DNA of 64,000 bases, taken from the IMG/VR virus record IMGVR_UViG_3300032038_000069, positions 4,184-68,183 of that record, one strand, 5' to 3'. A model generated the notes under the pieces. The model ran no database searches, was not told the DNA's origin, and saw nothing but the letters and a program-made list of their open reading frames with translations. Position numbers and translations under genes: made by a program. How positions within the stretch are numbered: the stretch's first letter is position 1; every line of letters begins with the position of its first letter. The DNA is from a virus (lineage: Duplodnaviria > Caudoviricetes). Positions 9,926 through 19,501 of this stretch are shown here, one piece after another.

Positions 9926-10994
9926 TTTTATACTTATAATTAATGGTTTGGGTAATATTGATGAGTATCTTCATGGCAATGGTTTTCTCCAAGATGGAGG
10001 TCTGAAGCATCTCACTATTATTGCTGGAAGAGGTGATGCGGAGGTGCACCTCCTGTCCCTTGAAGTGACATACCAAAGCTCCTTGATAGCCTTGGGCATA
10101 GTCATTGCTGAGCTGTGAAGAGCCTAGCTGGTAGAACTTACCATCAGAGGCAAAGACACGGAGGAGTATTCCATCGGTAAAGAGCCTATTGACTGCTGTC
10201 TGAGTAGACTTAAGCTGGGTGTTGTAGAACTCTATGAAAGCATTACTGATGTCAATCATAAAGTCGAAGAAAGACATAGCAGGCTGATAGATACCCTCTT
10301 GATACTTTAAAACCAAATGACCATGCTGTAGATACCAATGGGTGAACTCATTGAGAAGAGAATTGCCATTCTCAAGAGTAGTATTCTGGAACTGGCGAAG
10401 ACCACTGGAGTAGCCTCTGGAATACCCTCTTGAGGCAGAAGGATAATCCTCATACCCATAAAGACGGTCAGCTGCTCCTATGCGCTCAAGATACCTATAG
10501 GGAACACCAGTGATGGACTCTACCTGAACATACATGGACAATTCCTGACAGAAAAGCATCCACTTGGTTTCATCGGAATCCATCTTGAGAGAATTGATGG
10601 TCTGGATGATAGGCCCACGGCCTAAGCAAGGCAGCTGGAATGACTGGAAATGGCCTTTAGGGATGTCGCAGATATGAGAGTGCATATAGTTGGAATAGAA
10701 CTGGTCGGAAGTATAGGAGCCTCGGTTGAGGGTGAACCCACGGGACTCAAAGGGAATAGTGCCATCCAGTTCGAGGAGGACCTTGGCATAAAGGTCGGTG
10801 ATGAGTACAGAATTGTTGTGCTCATTAGTGACAGTAACCCTAGGCCACCATACCAGTATATAAGGTCGGCCATTATCCCTCTCAGTATCGCACTGGAGGT
10901 CAGTATGGCTCTCACCAAAGAAGTCAGAGAATACCTGATAGACCTGTTGGACATGCTGATAGTTGTCTCCACTTAAATTAGACAGTAAAGCCAT
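9858..10994 (-). CDS. Prokaryotic E2-like conjugating enzyme
   Basis: HSHI...PCLG motif like the HPH...CLG of prokaryotic E2 families; lies between Ubl and JAB. Confidence 0.72.
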   Translation of the reverse strand: MALLSNLSGDNYQHVQQVYQVFSDFFGESHTDLQCDTERDNGRPYILVWWPRVTVTNEHNNSVLITDLYAKVLLELDGTIPFESRGFTLNRGSYTSDQFYSNYMHSHICDIPKGHFQSFQLPCLGRGPIIQTINSLKMDSDETKWMLFCQELSMYVQVESITGVPYRYLERIGAADRLYGYEDYPSASRGYSRGYSSGLRQFQNTTLENGNSLLNEFTHWYLQHGHLVLKYQEGIYQPAMSFFDFMIDISNAFIEFYNTQLKSTQTAVNRLFTDGILLRVFASDGKFYQLGSSQLSNDYAQGYQGALVCHFKGQEVHLRITSSSNNSEMLQTSILEKTIAMKILINITQTINYKYKNEHNINSDSQALTTTHQRTVCL

Positions 10995-11022
10995 AGAGGT
11001 ATGGATAGTGAATTAAGGAAAT

Positions 11023-11060
11023 AAAAAAGAAAGGGTACAGGAGAAATTCTCCCATACCCT
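11023..11060 (-). terminator. Intrinsic terminator after the Ubl gene
   Basis: Minus strand AGGGTATGGGAG-AATTT-CTCCTGTACCCT followed by TTCTTTTTT. Confidence 0.75.
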
Positions 11061-11089
11061 CGGCAAAAGAAAAGCATGTGTGACTGTAC

Positions 11090-11767
11090 TTATAGACTAG
11101 CTATCATGCTGTTAAGCTCATCATCAGAGATATTGATGTGGCTGCCAACCTCTTTCATACGAGCTGCCAGTTCCTGAGTCATCTCGGCAATAGCCTCAAG
11201 GTCTGAAGGAGAGAGAATATTGATATTGGCCAGCAGTTTGATATGGTCATAGACAGAGATGACCATGCGCTGGGCAGGAGTAGCCTCAGGAAGAGGCTCA
11301 TTATCAGACTCCTCAGGCTCAACAGGAACATCTACCAAAGGCTCATCAGAAGTGCTTGTGTTAGCATCAATGAAAGCCCAGAGGGCAGCAGTAGGCACCT
11401 GAGTGTAGTTGCGGCCATACTCAGCCTTGATGGTCTCCATGATGTCACGGCCCAAACCTTTGATGACCTCATAAGCCTCCTTGCGGCCCCTGGTCTCAGC
11501 ACCAGAGGCAATATTCTTGGAGGTATTGGTGAGGAGGAATACCAAGTTGTTGGTGGGTACTCCACGGTACATGACATTCTGAGGAAGGAGGCTGTCACGG
11601 CCAATCAGTTTGGTCTTGGTGATGCCCTCTGTGAATTCCATACCACTGAAGTCAATGCCATGAGCAGTCATAGCATCCTGAAGCTCACCAAGAGTGGTAG
11701 CAGTGGTCATGAACTTGTACTTCTTCTGAGTTTTGGTGTCGGCGATAAGAATTTCTCTGTTTTCCAT
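11090..11767 (-). CDS. Ubiquitin-like (beta-grasp) domain protein with C-terminal helical extension
   Basis: N-terminal ~89 aa with pattern ATTLGELQ..M...GIDF..M.F.EG...L.....LP, ending KNIASG; first gene of the E2/JAB/E1 cassette. Fold is inferred. Confidence 0.68.
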   Translation of the reverse strand: MENREILIADTKTQKKYKFMTTATTLGELQDAMTAHGIDFSGMEFTEGITKTKLIGRDSLLPQNVMYRGVPTNNLVFLLTNTSKNIASGAETRGRKEAYEVIKGLGRDIMETIKAEYGRNYTQVPTAALWAFIDANTSTSDEPLVDVPVEPEESDNEPLPEATPAQRMVISVYDHIKLLANINILSPSDLEAIAEMTQELAARMKEVGSHINISDDELNSMIASL

Positions 11768-11838
11768 AATTGTTTAAAACGTTTTAAATAATGATTGTTA
11801 TTGGGATAGGAGCAGGGCAGTGCCCTGCATTACTCAAC

Positions 11839-12843
11839 CTATGGGAAGAGTGACTTGAGTTGCTGGAACTGGGACTTATCAGTAAGGGACTTGTAATAGT
11901 CACTATAGTCCTTACAGGAACCAAGGTCGGGAAGGACCATTTGGAAGCCAGTCTCAGCCGAGAGTTTACGGGCATCTGCAATGCCTGGAGAGTCAGCATC
12001 GAAGGATATATAGATGTGCTTATACCTTCGTTTGAGTTCTTGGATGGCTGTTGTGGACATACTATAGCCCTCACCCTGAAGGCATAGGGCAGGAATATGA
12101 AGCTGGCAGGAGATGCAAAGGGCATCCTTGAGAGATGAACAGATAATCACCTTTTCTCCCTGCTGAGGAATCTTAGTCCAGAGACCAATGACAGAACCAT
12201 CCATTTTGGAACACCACTTAAAGCCTTTGGTGTTGTAGGGTTGGTAGATTTTAAGTTGAAGATTGCCTTCTTTCCTTTCAAGGAAACAATAAGCAAATTT
12301 ATCGGCAGGAAAAATGTACTGACGAGTGGAATTATCAACCTTTTTAGTGATAATCTTATGGGAGATAGGATGAATATCAGCATAGTGGAGCCATTTGTGC
12401 TCAATACCATAGGAAGCCCAATACTCATAGTCATAATCATGCCATGGGCGGACAGTCACCTGAACCTTAGACTGCTCATTGGCCTCCTTACGGGTAAGGA
12501 CTCTCATCTGTTTGGGTTTGATGGTGAGCTCCTGACTATTTTCTTTCTGCATAAGGTCAATAATCTTATCGAATACTTGATGGAAAGAACACTTCCATAG
12601 CAGACACAGGAAATCAAGGATATTGCCTTGAGTATCAGCCTCCCCGAAGTCCTTGAAGCGGATGTGCTGGTTATTGTCCATATAGATGCTGAAAGAAGGA
12701 TGACTATCCTTTCGGAATGGACTATTGATACGACATGGTATGGAGGTAATCTGAGGGAAGGCAGCCTTGAGTACCTCTACCTCAGAGTAGCGTTGGAACA
12801 GCTCAGTCTTACTGATGCTGGTAGATGTCTTGCCTATGACCAT
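11839..12843 (-). CDS. DNA primase (DnaG-like)
   Basis: SPFRKDSHPSF Zn-finger-like region, SSLKD and FDADSPG Toprim motifs; start placed at MVIGK. Confidence 0.85.
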   Translation of the reverse strand: MVIGKTSTSISKTELFQRYSEVEVLKAAFPQITSIPCRINSPFRKDSHPSFSIYMDNNQHIRFKDFGEADTQGNILDFLCLLWKCSFHQVFDKIIDLMQKENSQELTIKPKQMRVLTRKEANEQSKVQVTVRPWHDYDYEYWASYGIEHKWLHYADIHPISHKIITKKVDNSTRQYIFPADKFAYCFLERKEGNLQLKIYQPYNTKGFKWCSKMDGSVIGLWTKIPQQGEKVIICSSLKDALCISCQLHIPALCLQGEGYSMSTTAIQELKRRYKHIYISFDADSPGIADARKLSAETGFQMVLPDLGSCKDYSDYYKSLTDKSQFQQLKSLFP

Positions 12844-12881
12844 AAGAATTATCACTTAAAAAGGGTTAATGAAGATGGGAA

Positions 12882-13784
12882 TTAAGCCTCCCAGAGCATT
12901 TCACTGGAGAAATCGTCCTTAGGAGCCTCTGCTGAAGGAGCCTCAAAGTTGGTAGGCTCTACAGTCCACTCCTGAAGAGGACAGACACGATAGTCAGTGG
13001 TAGCCCATGAGCCGCGGGCCTTAGCAGAAGCCAGATTACCCTCCAGCTTAGCAAGAGCCTTGGAGCCAGCATTGTTGTGGAGAATGAAGTCACCACGGTT
13101 GCACACAGTCTGATACTGACGGCCATCCTCAGAGGTACGTACACCATAGAGGAGCTTCACCTTATTGTTGGGCTGCATCTCAAGAGCCTCACGGAGCTCA
13201 GAGAAATCACCCTTGAAATAGTCCTTGAAGTGCTCCAGCTTGAACTTACCATCATCAGCCTTGTCATTAAGTACCCATGTTCCATTGATATAATCCATAG
13301 AGGAAGGCACACCCAGATACTTCTTGAGGAAATCCACCAAATCACACTCACCTACAGCAGCCATGCGATAGTGGTTCTGGTCAATCTTATAGTTGCCAGG
13401 AAGCTGATGGTTGGCCTTGGCCTCCTCAGTGTTAACACGGGTATAGTTGCCATAGGCATCAATAACCTGCACTGTAGAGCCATCCTGACTATAGGCAGGG
13501 GCATTGCGGAGAGTGAAGGAAAGGATATTGGTAGTCTCAATATCATTGCATGTCTTAGGGTCAGTACGAACTACAAAGTTGATACGAACCTCCTTGCCAT
13601 TGTCTGTATCAACCACATACTCAGGGTCATTCTGAGACTCAAAGCCACGAAGCTCATCAAGCTCTTTCTTAGAGGGATTGACAGCCAGCACATAGCTGCT
13701 ACCCAGACCTACATAACGTTTGAAACCCTGTGACTCGGTAGACTCCTTGGTCTTACCAACTACTAGAAAACTGTAATTTGACAT
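12882..13784 (-). CDS. Replication-module protein, possibly ssDNA-binding
   Basis: Start re-placed at MSNYSF (AT-rich upstream; the longer ORF overlaps the neighbour); acidic C-terminal tail; between primase and AAA ATPase. Confidence 0.55.
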   Translation of the reverse strand: MSNYSFLVVGKTKESTESQGFKRYVGLGSSYVLAVNPSKKELDELRGFESQNDPEYVVDTDNGKEVRINFVVRTDPKTCNDIETTNILSFTLRNAPAYSQDGSTVQVIDAYGNYTRVNTEEAKANHQLPGNYKIDQNHYRMAAVGECDLVDFLKKYLGVPSSMDYINGTWVLNDKADDGKFKLEHFKDYFKGDFSELREALEMQPNNKVKLLYGVRTSEDGRQYQTVCNRGDFILHNNAGSKALAKLEGNLASAKARGSWATTDYRVCPLQEWTVEPTNFEAPSAEAPKDDFSSEMLWEA

Positions 13785-13815
13785 AAAAAATGAATGAAAT
13801 AAAATGTTATAAAAA

Positions 13816-14268
13816 TTAGAATACTGTCTCAGGCTGCTCTTGTTCTGCTGTCTGCTCTTCCTCATGGACAGCCTCCTGCTGAACATTCTCAGCATCTGTA
13901 TCATAGTCAGAACCAGGAAGACCCTCGGTTGTTGGAGGCTCAGGAACAGAGATGACATACTCTTTCTTGTCAGCATCGTAGGTGACAATATCAGTGGGCA
14001 CATACTTGGTGTCCTTAAGAGGCTTGCCCTCCTTATCGAACTTACCATTGGGCTCAATAATCTTCTTAACCAGCTCATCTACATGGAAGCCTACAATCTG
14101 GACAATGCCTGCCTCAAGAGCCTCAATCTGTACCTTATAGCCCTTGTACTCTGCTGCCAGACGCTTGATTTTCTCTTCCAGAGGCTGCATCTTGCGCTTG
14201 AGAGGGTCAATCATCTTAGCTGCGTTCTTTACTTGCTGAAACTGTGAATACTTAATTCTTTTTTCCAT
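13816..14268 (-). CDS. Hypothetical coiled-coil protein with acidic tail
   Basis: 150-aa ORF with TTAACCCATTTAAA motif upstream. Confidence 0.65.
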   Translation of the reverse strand: MEKRIKYSQFQQVKNAAKMIDPLKRKMQPLEEKIKRLAAEYKGYKVQIEALEAGIVQIVGFHVDELVKKIIEPNGKFDKEGKPLKDTKYVPTDIVTYDADKKEYVISVPEPPTTEGLPGSDYDTDAENVQQEAVHEEEQTAEQEQPETVF

Positions 14269-14342
14269 AATTGTTTTTGGGTTTTTAAATGGGTTAATGA
14301 ATATTTTTTATTGCGATGGCAGAGCCATCACCTACATTGAAA

Positions 14343-15158
14343 CTAAACTGCTTTCGGAGGGAATATTGGAGACATATCAATATGAAGATTGCCCTCTTCA
14401 TCAGACACACCTACCTCAAAGGCTTTCTCACGGAGATGCAAGGGACGGGAGCCTCGGATATTATTGTCACCACCCTTGAAAGAAATGATGGTCTTGTTGC
14501 CCTGACGAGAGACATAACCAATGGCATCAGCCTCTCCACATATGATATCTCCAGTCTTTCCTGCAAGGTCAACAACCATCTCAGTGGTCTCCTCATCATT
14601 CTTCTTAATCTGACGGTCTTTGGTATGACAAACCAAGATGAGAGTCTCACAGAGAGGACGGAACATGCCTATCATCTCTTTCAAGGCATTGCGCATATAA
14701 AGGTAGCCTGCACCATTAGGTAGCTGGCGGACATCAGCCTTAGGGTCAACTACTTTCCTGCCATTCTCCATGAGGATATTTCCGATGGAATCTTTCTTGT
14801 AGCCCCAGGTGGCTCCCATAGATGTTTTTCTATAGAGGGCTGCTGCATAAGGAAGTGAAAACTCTTCCAAGCGAGTGGCATTATCAATGGTGATGAAGCG
14901 ATAGAAGGGCTTGTCACCATTCTCATGGTTCTTCTGCTCTACAGCCGCCTTAATCTGGAAGATATCAGCAGCACTGCGGGCCTGGATGCACATGACATCT
15001 AATGCACGATAGCCATCCTCAAGGTCAATGATAAGATTGTTGTCAAGAGAGGCCATGAGAGAGGATTTGCCAGACTTGGGCTTACCAAATAATACCATCA
15101 GACGTGGGTTGTAGTCTGTGGCTTTCCTACGTTCAGTAGGTAATACGATGTTACTCAT
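14343..15158 (-). CDS. AAA_24 / Sak4-like ATPase
   Basis: FGKPKSGKS Walker A, IDLEDG, ITIDNAT, LVCH, DAIGY. Confidence 0.82.
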   Translation of the reverse strand: MSNIVLPTERRKATDYNPRLMVLFGKPKSGKSSLMASLDNNLIIDLEDGYRALDVMCIQARSAADIFQIKAAVEQKNHENGDKPFYRFITIDNATRLEEFSLPYAAALYRKTSMGATWGYKKDSIGNILMENGRKVVDPKADVRQLPNGAGYLYMRNALKEMIGMFRPLCETLILVCHTKDRQIKKNDEETTEMVVDLAGKTGDIICGEADAIGYVSRQGNKTIISFKGGDNNIRGSRPLHLREKAFEVGVSDEEGNLHIDMSPIFPPKAV

Positions 15159-15200
15159 TTTAAGAAAACTTCTACTCTGTTTTTAACTATTAATTACTAG

Positions 15201-15219
15201 GTTGTTGCAGTACAACAAC
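15201..15219. repeat. 19-bp intergenic inverted repeat (family copy 3)
   Basis: GTTGTTG-CAGTA-CAACAAC. Confidence 0.85.
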
Positions 15220-15232
15220 AAACAAAACATTG

Positions 15233-15271
15233 CAAAGATAAGCACTATCAAGAAGACAGAAATATGCCTAA
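15233..15271 (-). promoter_or_regulatory. Bacteroidota-type promoter with TTAGG upstream element
   Basis: TATCTTTG -7 box (15240-15233); TTAGG begins 31 nt upstream (15271). Confidence 0.7.
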
Positions 15272-15298
15272 ATGGAGTGCTAAGCATTTAGTGAAAAG

Positions 15299-16459
15299 CT
15301 AAGGATGGGTTAACTGGAGAGGTTGGTTGTGCTCCAGATTCTCCAAATACTGAATGTATCGGTAATAACGCTCTAACCCAACCTTATCATCAGGTTTTGG
15401 AAGCTCACGGAAGGTACTTGTGGCACCATCGAAGAAGAGAGGACAGGTGTGTCCTGCTGCACCATAGTCACGATCATCAAGAATCTCAAGGAACCTGCAA
15501 TAGTTGGTGAGACGATTGATGTTATAATCCTTATATATTCCATTAGGAAGCTCAAGGATGAACTTAGCAGGATTGTAGAGGCCAATGATGCAATTGACAT
15601 CTCTGGATGTGGTTTTACAGTCACCTAAGCCATCAACAGTGGGTCTCATACGGCCTAACTTGATATTCTCTATACCTTCCTGGGACTGAGCCTGATGCTG
15701 GATGAGCACAAAGATATAGTTGAGCTGCTTCTTGAGGATAATACCATATTTACTCATCTTCTCGATGGTCTCTCGGAGGTCCTTACAGCCTTTCTCAGTG
15801 CTAAGATTGGCTGCATTATCCAAAATAATGATACGGTACTCATCAGGGTCATCCTGAGTATAGGGCTTGATAGGGTCAATGACTCTCTTATCTTCCAACT
15901 CACCAGTCAGTTCATTGGGAATTTGGATGGTAGTGAAGTTCATGTGTCCATGGCTAAGAGCATAGTCACGACACTTCTTGTTGATGCCTGTGGGATTCTT
16001 GTCAGTATCATTGAAGATAACCATATTCTCGAAGGCTTGGATATATCTCTGATACTTCTCAGACTCCAGCAGTTCAAGGATATGAGGGTCACAAGGACTA
16101 TCCACACTGCGAAGCTCACGGGTGGAAATATGTATCTTATCCAGACGGGAGAGCAGATGGCACAGGAACTCATTATATTTTTCCTTGGCTGCCATTTCAA
16201 GAGAGAAATAAAGTACCTTTACCTTGAGCTCTGGGTGCTCCATCATGTAGAACAAAGGCTCATAGATGAAGATATAATCAGCAAGTTTTGACTTTCCAAC
16301 TTTTTGATTTGCCGAGATGATTAGGTATTTACTTTGTTCTACTCCAGGATATACTCTGCGGAATCTCTCGAAGGGGAATGGAAGGCAATTGTACTTACCT
16401 TCTAGGATGCGCTGTCTGCGCTGGAGATTCTCAGATTGTATCTCTTGAAACTTGCTCAT
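15299..16459 (-). CDS. DnaB-like (SF4) replicative helicase
   Basis: SANQKVGKS Walker A, FSLEM, IILDN Walker B, LIQHQ, ANL/DVN...GLYNP motifs. Confidence 0.8.
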   Translation of the reverse strand: MSKFQEIQSENLQRRQRILEGKYNCLPFPFERFRRVYPGVEQSKYLIISANQKVGKSKLADYIFIYEPLFYMMEHPELKVKVLYFSLEMAAKEKYNEFLCHLLSRLDKIHISTRELRSVDSPCDPHILELLESEKYQRYIQAFENMVIFNDTDKNPTGINKKCRDYALSHGHMNFTTIQIPNELTGELEDKRVIDPIKPYTQDDPDEYRIIILDNAANLSTEKGCKDLRETIEKMSKYGIILKKQLNYIFVLIQHQAQSQEGIENIKLGRMRPTVDGLGDCKTTSRDVNCIIGLYNPAKFILELPNGIYKDYNINRLTNYCRFLEILDDRDYGAAGHTCPLFFDGATSTFRELPKPDDKVGLERYYRYIQYLENLEHNQPLQLTHP

Positions 16460-17091
16460 ACTAACTTATTGAACCATGCATCAGGATTATTTACTTCCAC
16501 TCCCCCTTCCTCACTTTCCTTGTTCTCCAAGAAGGTCAGAAGGTCAGATACCTGCTCGACATAACCATCACCATTTTCTCCCTGCTTTACAGGATTCTTC
16601 ATGATGAAGTACTTAGCAAGTCTCATTCCCACATAATTACCATTAAAGGAAGCCACATATCTCTTGGTAGCATCAATAATATCCTCATCAGAATATTCAT
16701 TACCAAACTGGGTAAAAAACCTCTTCAGGGACTTGGCTACCTCAGACTTGTTACACCTATAATAATAAGGTGTCTCACGTCCAAATCTGTCCCTCATCTT
16801 GCACTGTGGAAAGCAGTCCTTAACCTTAATGGCAAGTTCTAAAAGTTCCTCATCACTTCTGGTATTATTTCCAGAAGAGTCACAGATAATTTCATCAAGT
16901 ACTTCAGACCAATGCTGAGTGATAAGATAACTATCCTTATCTTTAACAAGAATTTTCCTATTTACCATGTTGTCTAGGAGTCCTTTCATAGTGGTTGTAC
17001 TACTCAGGTTCCTAACAACCAAAGCAAGGAGAGACTCTTGTAGGGTCATCTTGTACTTGATGCATACTTTTTCATCAATTTTTACTTTCAT
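16456..17091 (-). CDS. Hypothetical protein, possible helicase loader/initiator
   Basis: Coupled directly upstream of the DnaB-like gene; function inferred from position only. Confidence 0.5.
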   Translation of the reverse strand: MKVKIDEKVCIKYKMTLQESLLALVVRNLSSTTTMKGLLDNMVNRKILVKDKDSYLITQHWSEVLDEIICDSSGNNTRSDEELLELAIKVKDCFPQCKMRDRFGRETPYYYRCNKSEVAKSLKRFFTQFGNEYSDEDIIDATKRYVASFNGNYVGMRLAKYFIMKNPVKQGENGDGYVEQVSDLLTFLENKESEEGGVEVNNPDAWFNKLV

Positions 17092-17378
17092 TTTGGCTTT
17101 GTTTTCTTTAGTGTATACTGATAATACTCCTTCATTTGTTCTCCAGAGTTCTCATGCTGCCACTCCACACCTGTGTAGTAGTAGCAGTAGCTGGTTACAT
17201 TGCCTTTGTGATAGTCTCTGTATACTTTCTTTGGGTCTTTACCTCGGAGGTGCCTCTCGATATAGTTCTTAGCAGCAGTTCGGGTGTTGAATATTTCCTT
17301 TGCCACAAGTTCAAACTTGTCTTCCAGGTCACCTCTGACCCAGTCTTTGTCATGATGGTAAACTTCTACTTGATACAT
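17088..17378 (-). CDS. Hypothetical protein
   Basis: Overlapping start/stop codons with neighbours. Confidence 0.6.
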   Translation of the reverse strand: MYQVEVYHHDKDWVRGDLEDKFELVAKEIFNTRTAAKNYIERHLRGKDPKKVYRDYHKGNVTSYCYYYTGVEWQHENSGEQMKEYYQYTLKKTKPK

Positions 17379-17380
17379 AA

Positions 17381-18580
17381 TTAAATTTCTTGAATAGAAT
17401 GAATTGTTTTGATAGAATTAGGATTGAATCCCTCAATCATTGCCTTGGCTAGTTCTTCCTCGCGAGTACCTGTATAGTAAGGAACTATAATAACAGGAGA
17501 CTTGTGGCGAAGAGACCTTCCGATGCGTTGGGGGACACTAATTTCAGAGGATGAGAGATTGCAGAAGACTGCATACTTACAGTCAACAAGGTTTGCATTC
17601 TCATTAAGGATATTCACTGCAGTGATGTGATTGATTATCTTTGCATTGAAATCTTTGTAGAGCTGGTCTGCATCTGCATTCTTAGAATGTATGCACCAGC
17701 GGCCAGCATACTCTGCTTGCTGGATGGTCTTGCAGAAGGTGATGGTACGATGCTTGTTGAGATGCTTAAGGATGTCACAAATGATGGGCAGCTTTATCTC
17801 TGCAAGATATTCCAGTCTCTTGCCACTATGGAAAAGCCATGACTGCTTCATGTTCTCATGACGTGTCTGCATATACTTCTGCTTCTCCCACTCAATGAGC
17901 TTGTTGTACTCAAGGAGTTTCTGCTTTTGTGTGCAGGAAAGGATGGCATGTACCTTCTGACGCTTGTATTTCCAGATATCCTTCAGCTCGCCATGAATGA
18001 CTGGACCACTAGCACGGGCATTGATTTCCCATGTTTCTGTTGGCTGACGGTTGTCCAGGATGAGAGGAAAGAGAAGTATCTGAGGCTCTGGAAGGATATT
18101 ATCCTCGATTGCTTCTGTAATGTCACAAGAGACTATCTGGGCATGATACCTGTAGCGGAAGAGCTGTTTGAGTTTCTTAGGGATAGTAGCAGAAAGGCCA
18201 ATGAAATAGTTGAACCTGACATGCTTAAGACAGTCAAGCCTTATATCAGAGCCTATATGATGAACTTCATCTGCTATGATTACATCGAAGAAGGAGTCAG
18301 TGCATTTATGAAGAGACTCATAGCACTCCATGCGGATGCTGGCATTAATGCCTCCCCACTTCTCTATCTCCTCCTTCCATGTCTGCTTATGGACACGCTT
18401 GGCTACTAGTATCAGGATATTTATTTCTTTCTTGTCCTTGTACCGCTGACTATTGGTAAGGTAGTTAGACATCTTCAGAGACAGAGCGGTTTTTCCAAAT
18501 CCCGTTGGTAGTTCTAGCAAAATACAATTGCTGTTTTTCAGAGAATGTATGCATTCTTCTAAAATGTTCTCTCTCGTCAT
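17381..18580 (-). CDS. Superfamily 2 (DEAD/DEAH-like) helicase
   Basis: LPTGFGKT, DEVH, GLSAT, QRIGR motifs; first 30 codons lie inside the endonuclease element. Confidence 0.88.
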   Translation of the reverse strand: MTRENILEECIHSLKNSNCILLELPTGFGKTALSLKMSNYLTNSQRYKDKKEINILILVAKRVHKQTWKEEIEKWGGINASIRMECYESLHKCTDSFFDVIIADEVHHIGSDIRLDCLKHVRFNYFIGLSATIPKKLKQLFRYRYHAQIVSCDITEAIEDNILPEPQILLFPLILDNRQPTETWEINARASGPVIHGELKDIWKYKRQKVHAILSCTQKQKLLEYNKLIEWEKQKYMQTRHENMKQSWLFHSGKRLEYLAEIKLPIICDILKHLNKHRTITFCKTIQQAEYAGRWCIHSKNADADQLYKDFNAKIINHITAVNILNENANLVDCKYAVFCNLSSSEISVPQRIGRSLRHKSPVIIVPYYTGTREEELAKAMIEGFNPNSIKTIHSIQEI

Positions 18581-19409
18581 ATTTATTTTTTATAAATTTG
18601 TCATATTTACGCTGTAAAAAGATTGTAGCATTATTGTATAGTAATTCTCCAAATTTAGCAGATTTTTCAGAAGCAATGCTTATGGAATAGGTGTTAGAAT
18701 TTGGCCTTCTTTTATCTTTATGGAAAATATGTGTTAATATATTTGGAAAGAACTGTTTTACTCCTTCCAAAAACTCTTTAGTACCTATTATTTCAAAAAT
18801 TGCATAACCTGAACTATTGTTTCTTACACATCCATCTCCATCAACATAGCCCCTGATAAAATGAATAATTAAATCTTCAGAAGCAAATAAAGATTTATCT
18901 GGAAAAGTGAGAATTAATGATTTGTTGGGAATACAACCTTTAGAAATGAGAGTGCTATGGAAATGCTTATCTACCATAGTTAGCCTACAGCGTGAAAACT
19001 TTTTTCCACAACATTTGGCATTTCCCATTCTTACTTCATTTTTATTTTTTAGAAAGGAACGAAATTTTTCAAGGTGCTCTTTGTCATCTCCCTTTAATCC
19101 TAATTCTACAGTTTTTCCATCACTAGAAACATACCCATCAGCATACATAAAACCGAGCCAATAAGCTTTTTCTTCTGTATCAATTGTGTCAAAGACGGTA
19201 TTATCAAATTTTAATTCATTGTGGTAATTAGGGAGATTTAATCCCAATTTTCTAAGCCATCTGTGAACACATGTATAGTCAACCTTTAACTCTTTAGCTA
19301 TTTGATTACCCGTCATTTGCTTATTAACACATTCTACTAACTTTTCTCTGTAAGTAATGTTTTCTCCAGGAAACAAACTATTAAACAACCATTTACCCAT
19401 ATTGCACAC
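18465..19409 (-). CDS. LAGLIDADG homing endonuclease with N-terminal HTH
   Basis: YWLGFMYADG and HFIRGYVDGDG motifs; NQIAKELKV...VHRWL HTH; AT-rich. Confidence 0.88.
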   Translation of the reverse strand: MCNMGKWLFNSLFPGENITYREKLVECVNKQMTGNQIAKELKVDYTCVHRWLRKLGLNLPNYHNELKFDNTVFDTIDTEEKAYWLGFMYADGYVSSDGKTVELGLKGDDKEHLEKFRSFLKNKNEVRMGNAKCCGKKFSRCRLTMVDKHFHSTLISKGCIPNKSLILTFPDKSLFASEDLIIHFIRGYVDGDGCVRNNSSGYAIFEIIGTKEFLEGVKQFFPNILTHIFHKDKRRPNSNTYSISIASEKSAKFGELLYNNATIFLQRKYDKFIKNKYDEREHFRRMHTFSEKQQLYFARTTNGIWKNRSVSEDV

Positions 19410-19501
19410 ATTTTAAAAATTATGTACAAAATTAGGTATAATGGTTATAAATAGCTACAGGCTTAGATAGATGTTAAGTCTTTCTAAACCCGTTGCTAAT
19501 T
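18491..19501 (-). mobile_element. Free-standing homing-endonuclease element inserted at helicase Walker A
   Basis: Removing 18491-19501 joins the stub ...GTGK in frame to TALSLK... of the helicase; own TAATTTTG -7 box at 19427-19434. Confidence 0.8.

Noticed and set aside
11812-11828. GCAGGG-CAGTG-CCCTGC and ACTGAGG-CAGTG-CCTCAGT (63927-63945) as members of the 19-bp family
   Set aside because: They lack the GYTG/CARC arms and the C...A spacer; more likely ordinary terminator-type hairpins.
13785-14078. N-terminal 98 aa of the listed 398-aa ORF
   Set aside because: It overlaps 13816..14268 in another frame and crosses an AT-rich intergenic gap; the real start is most likely 13784.
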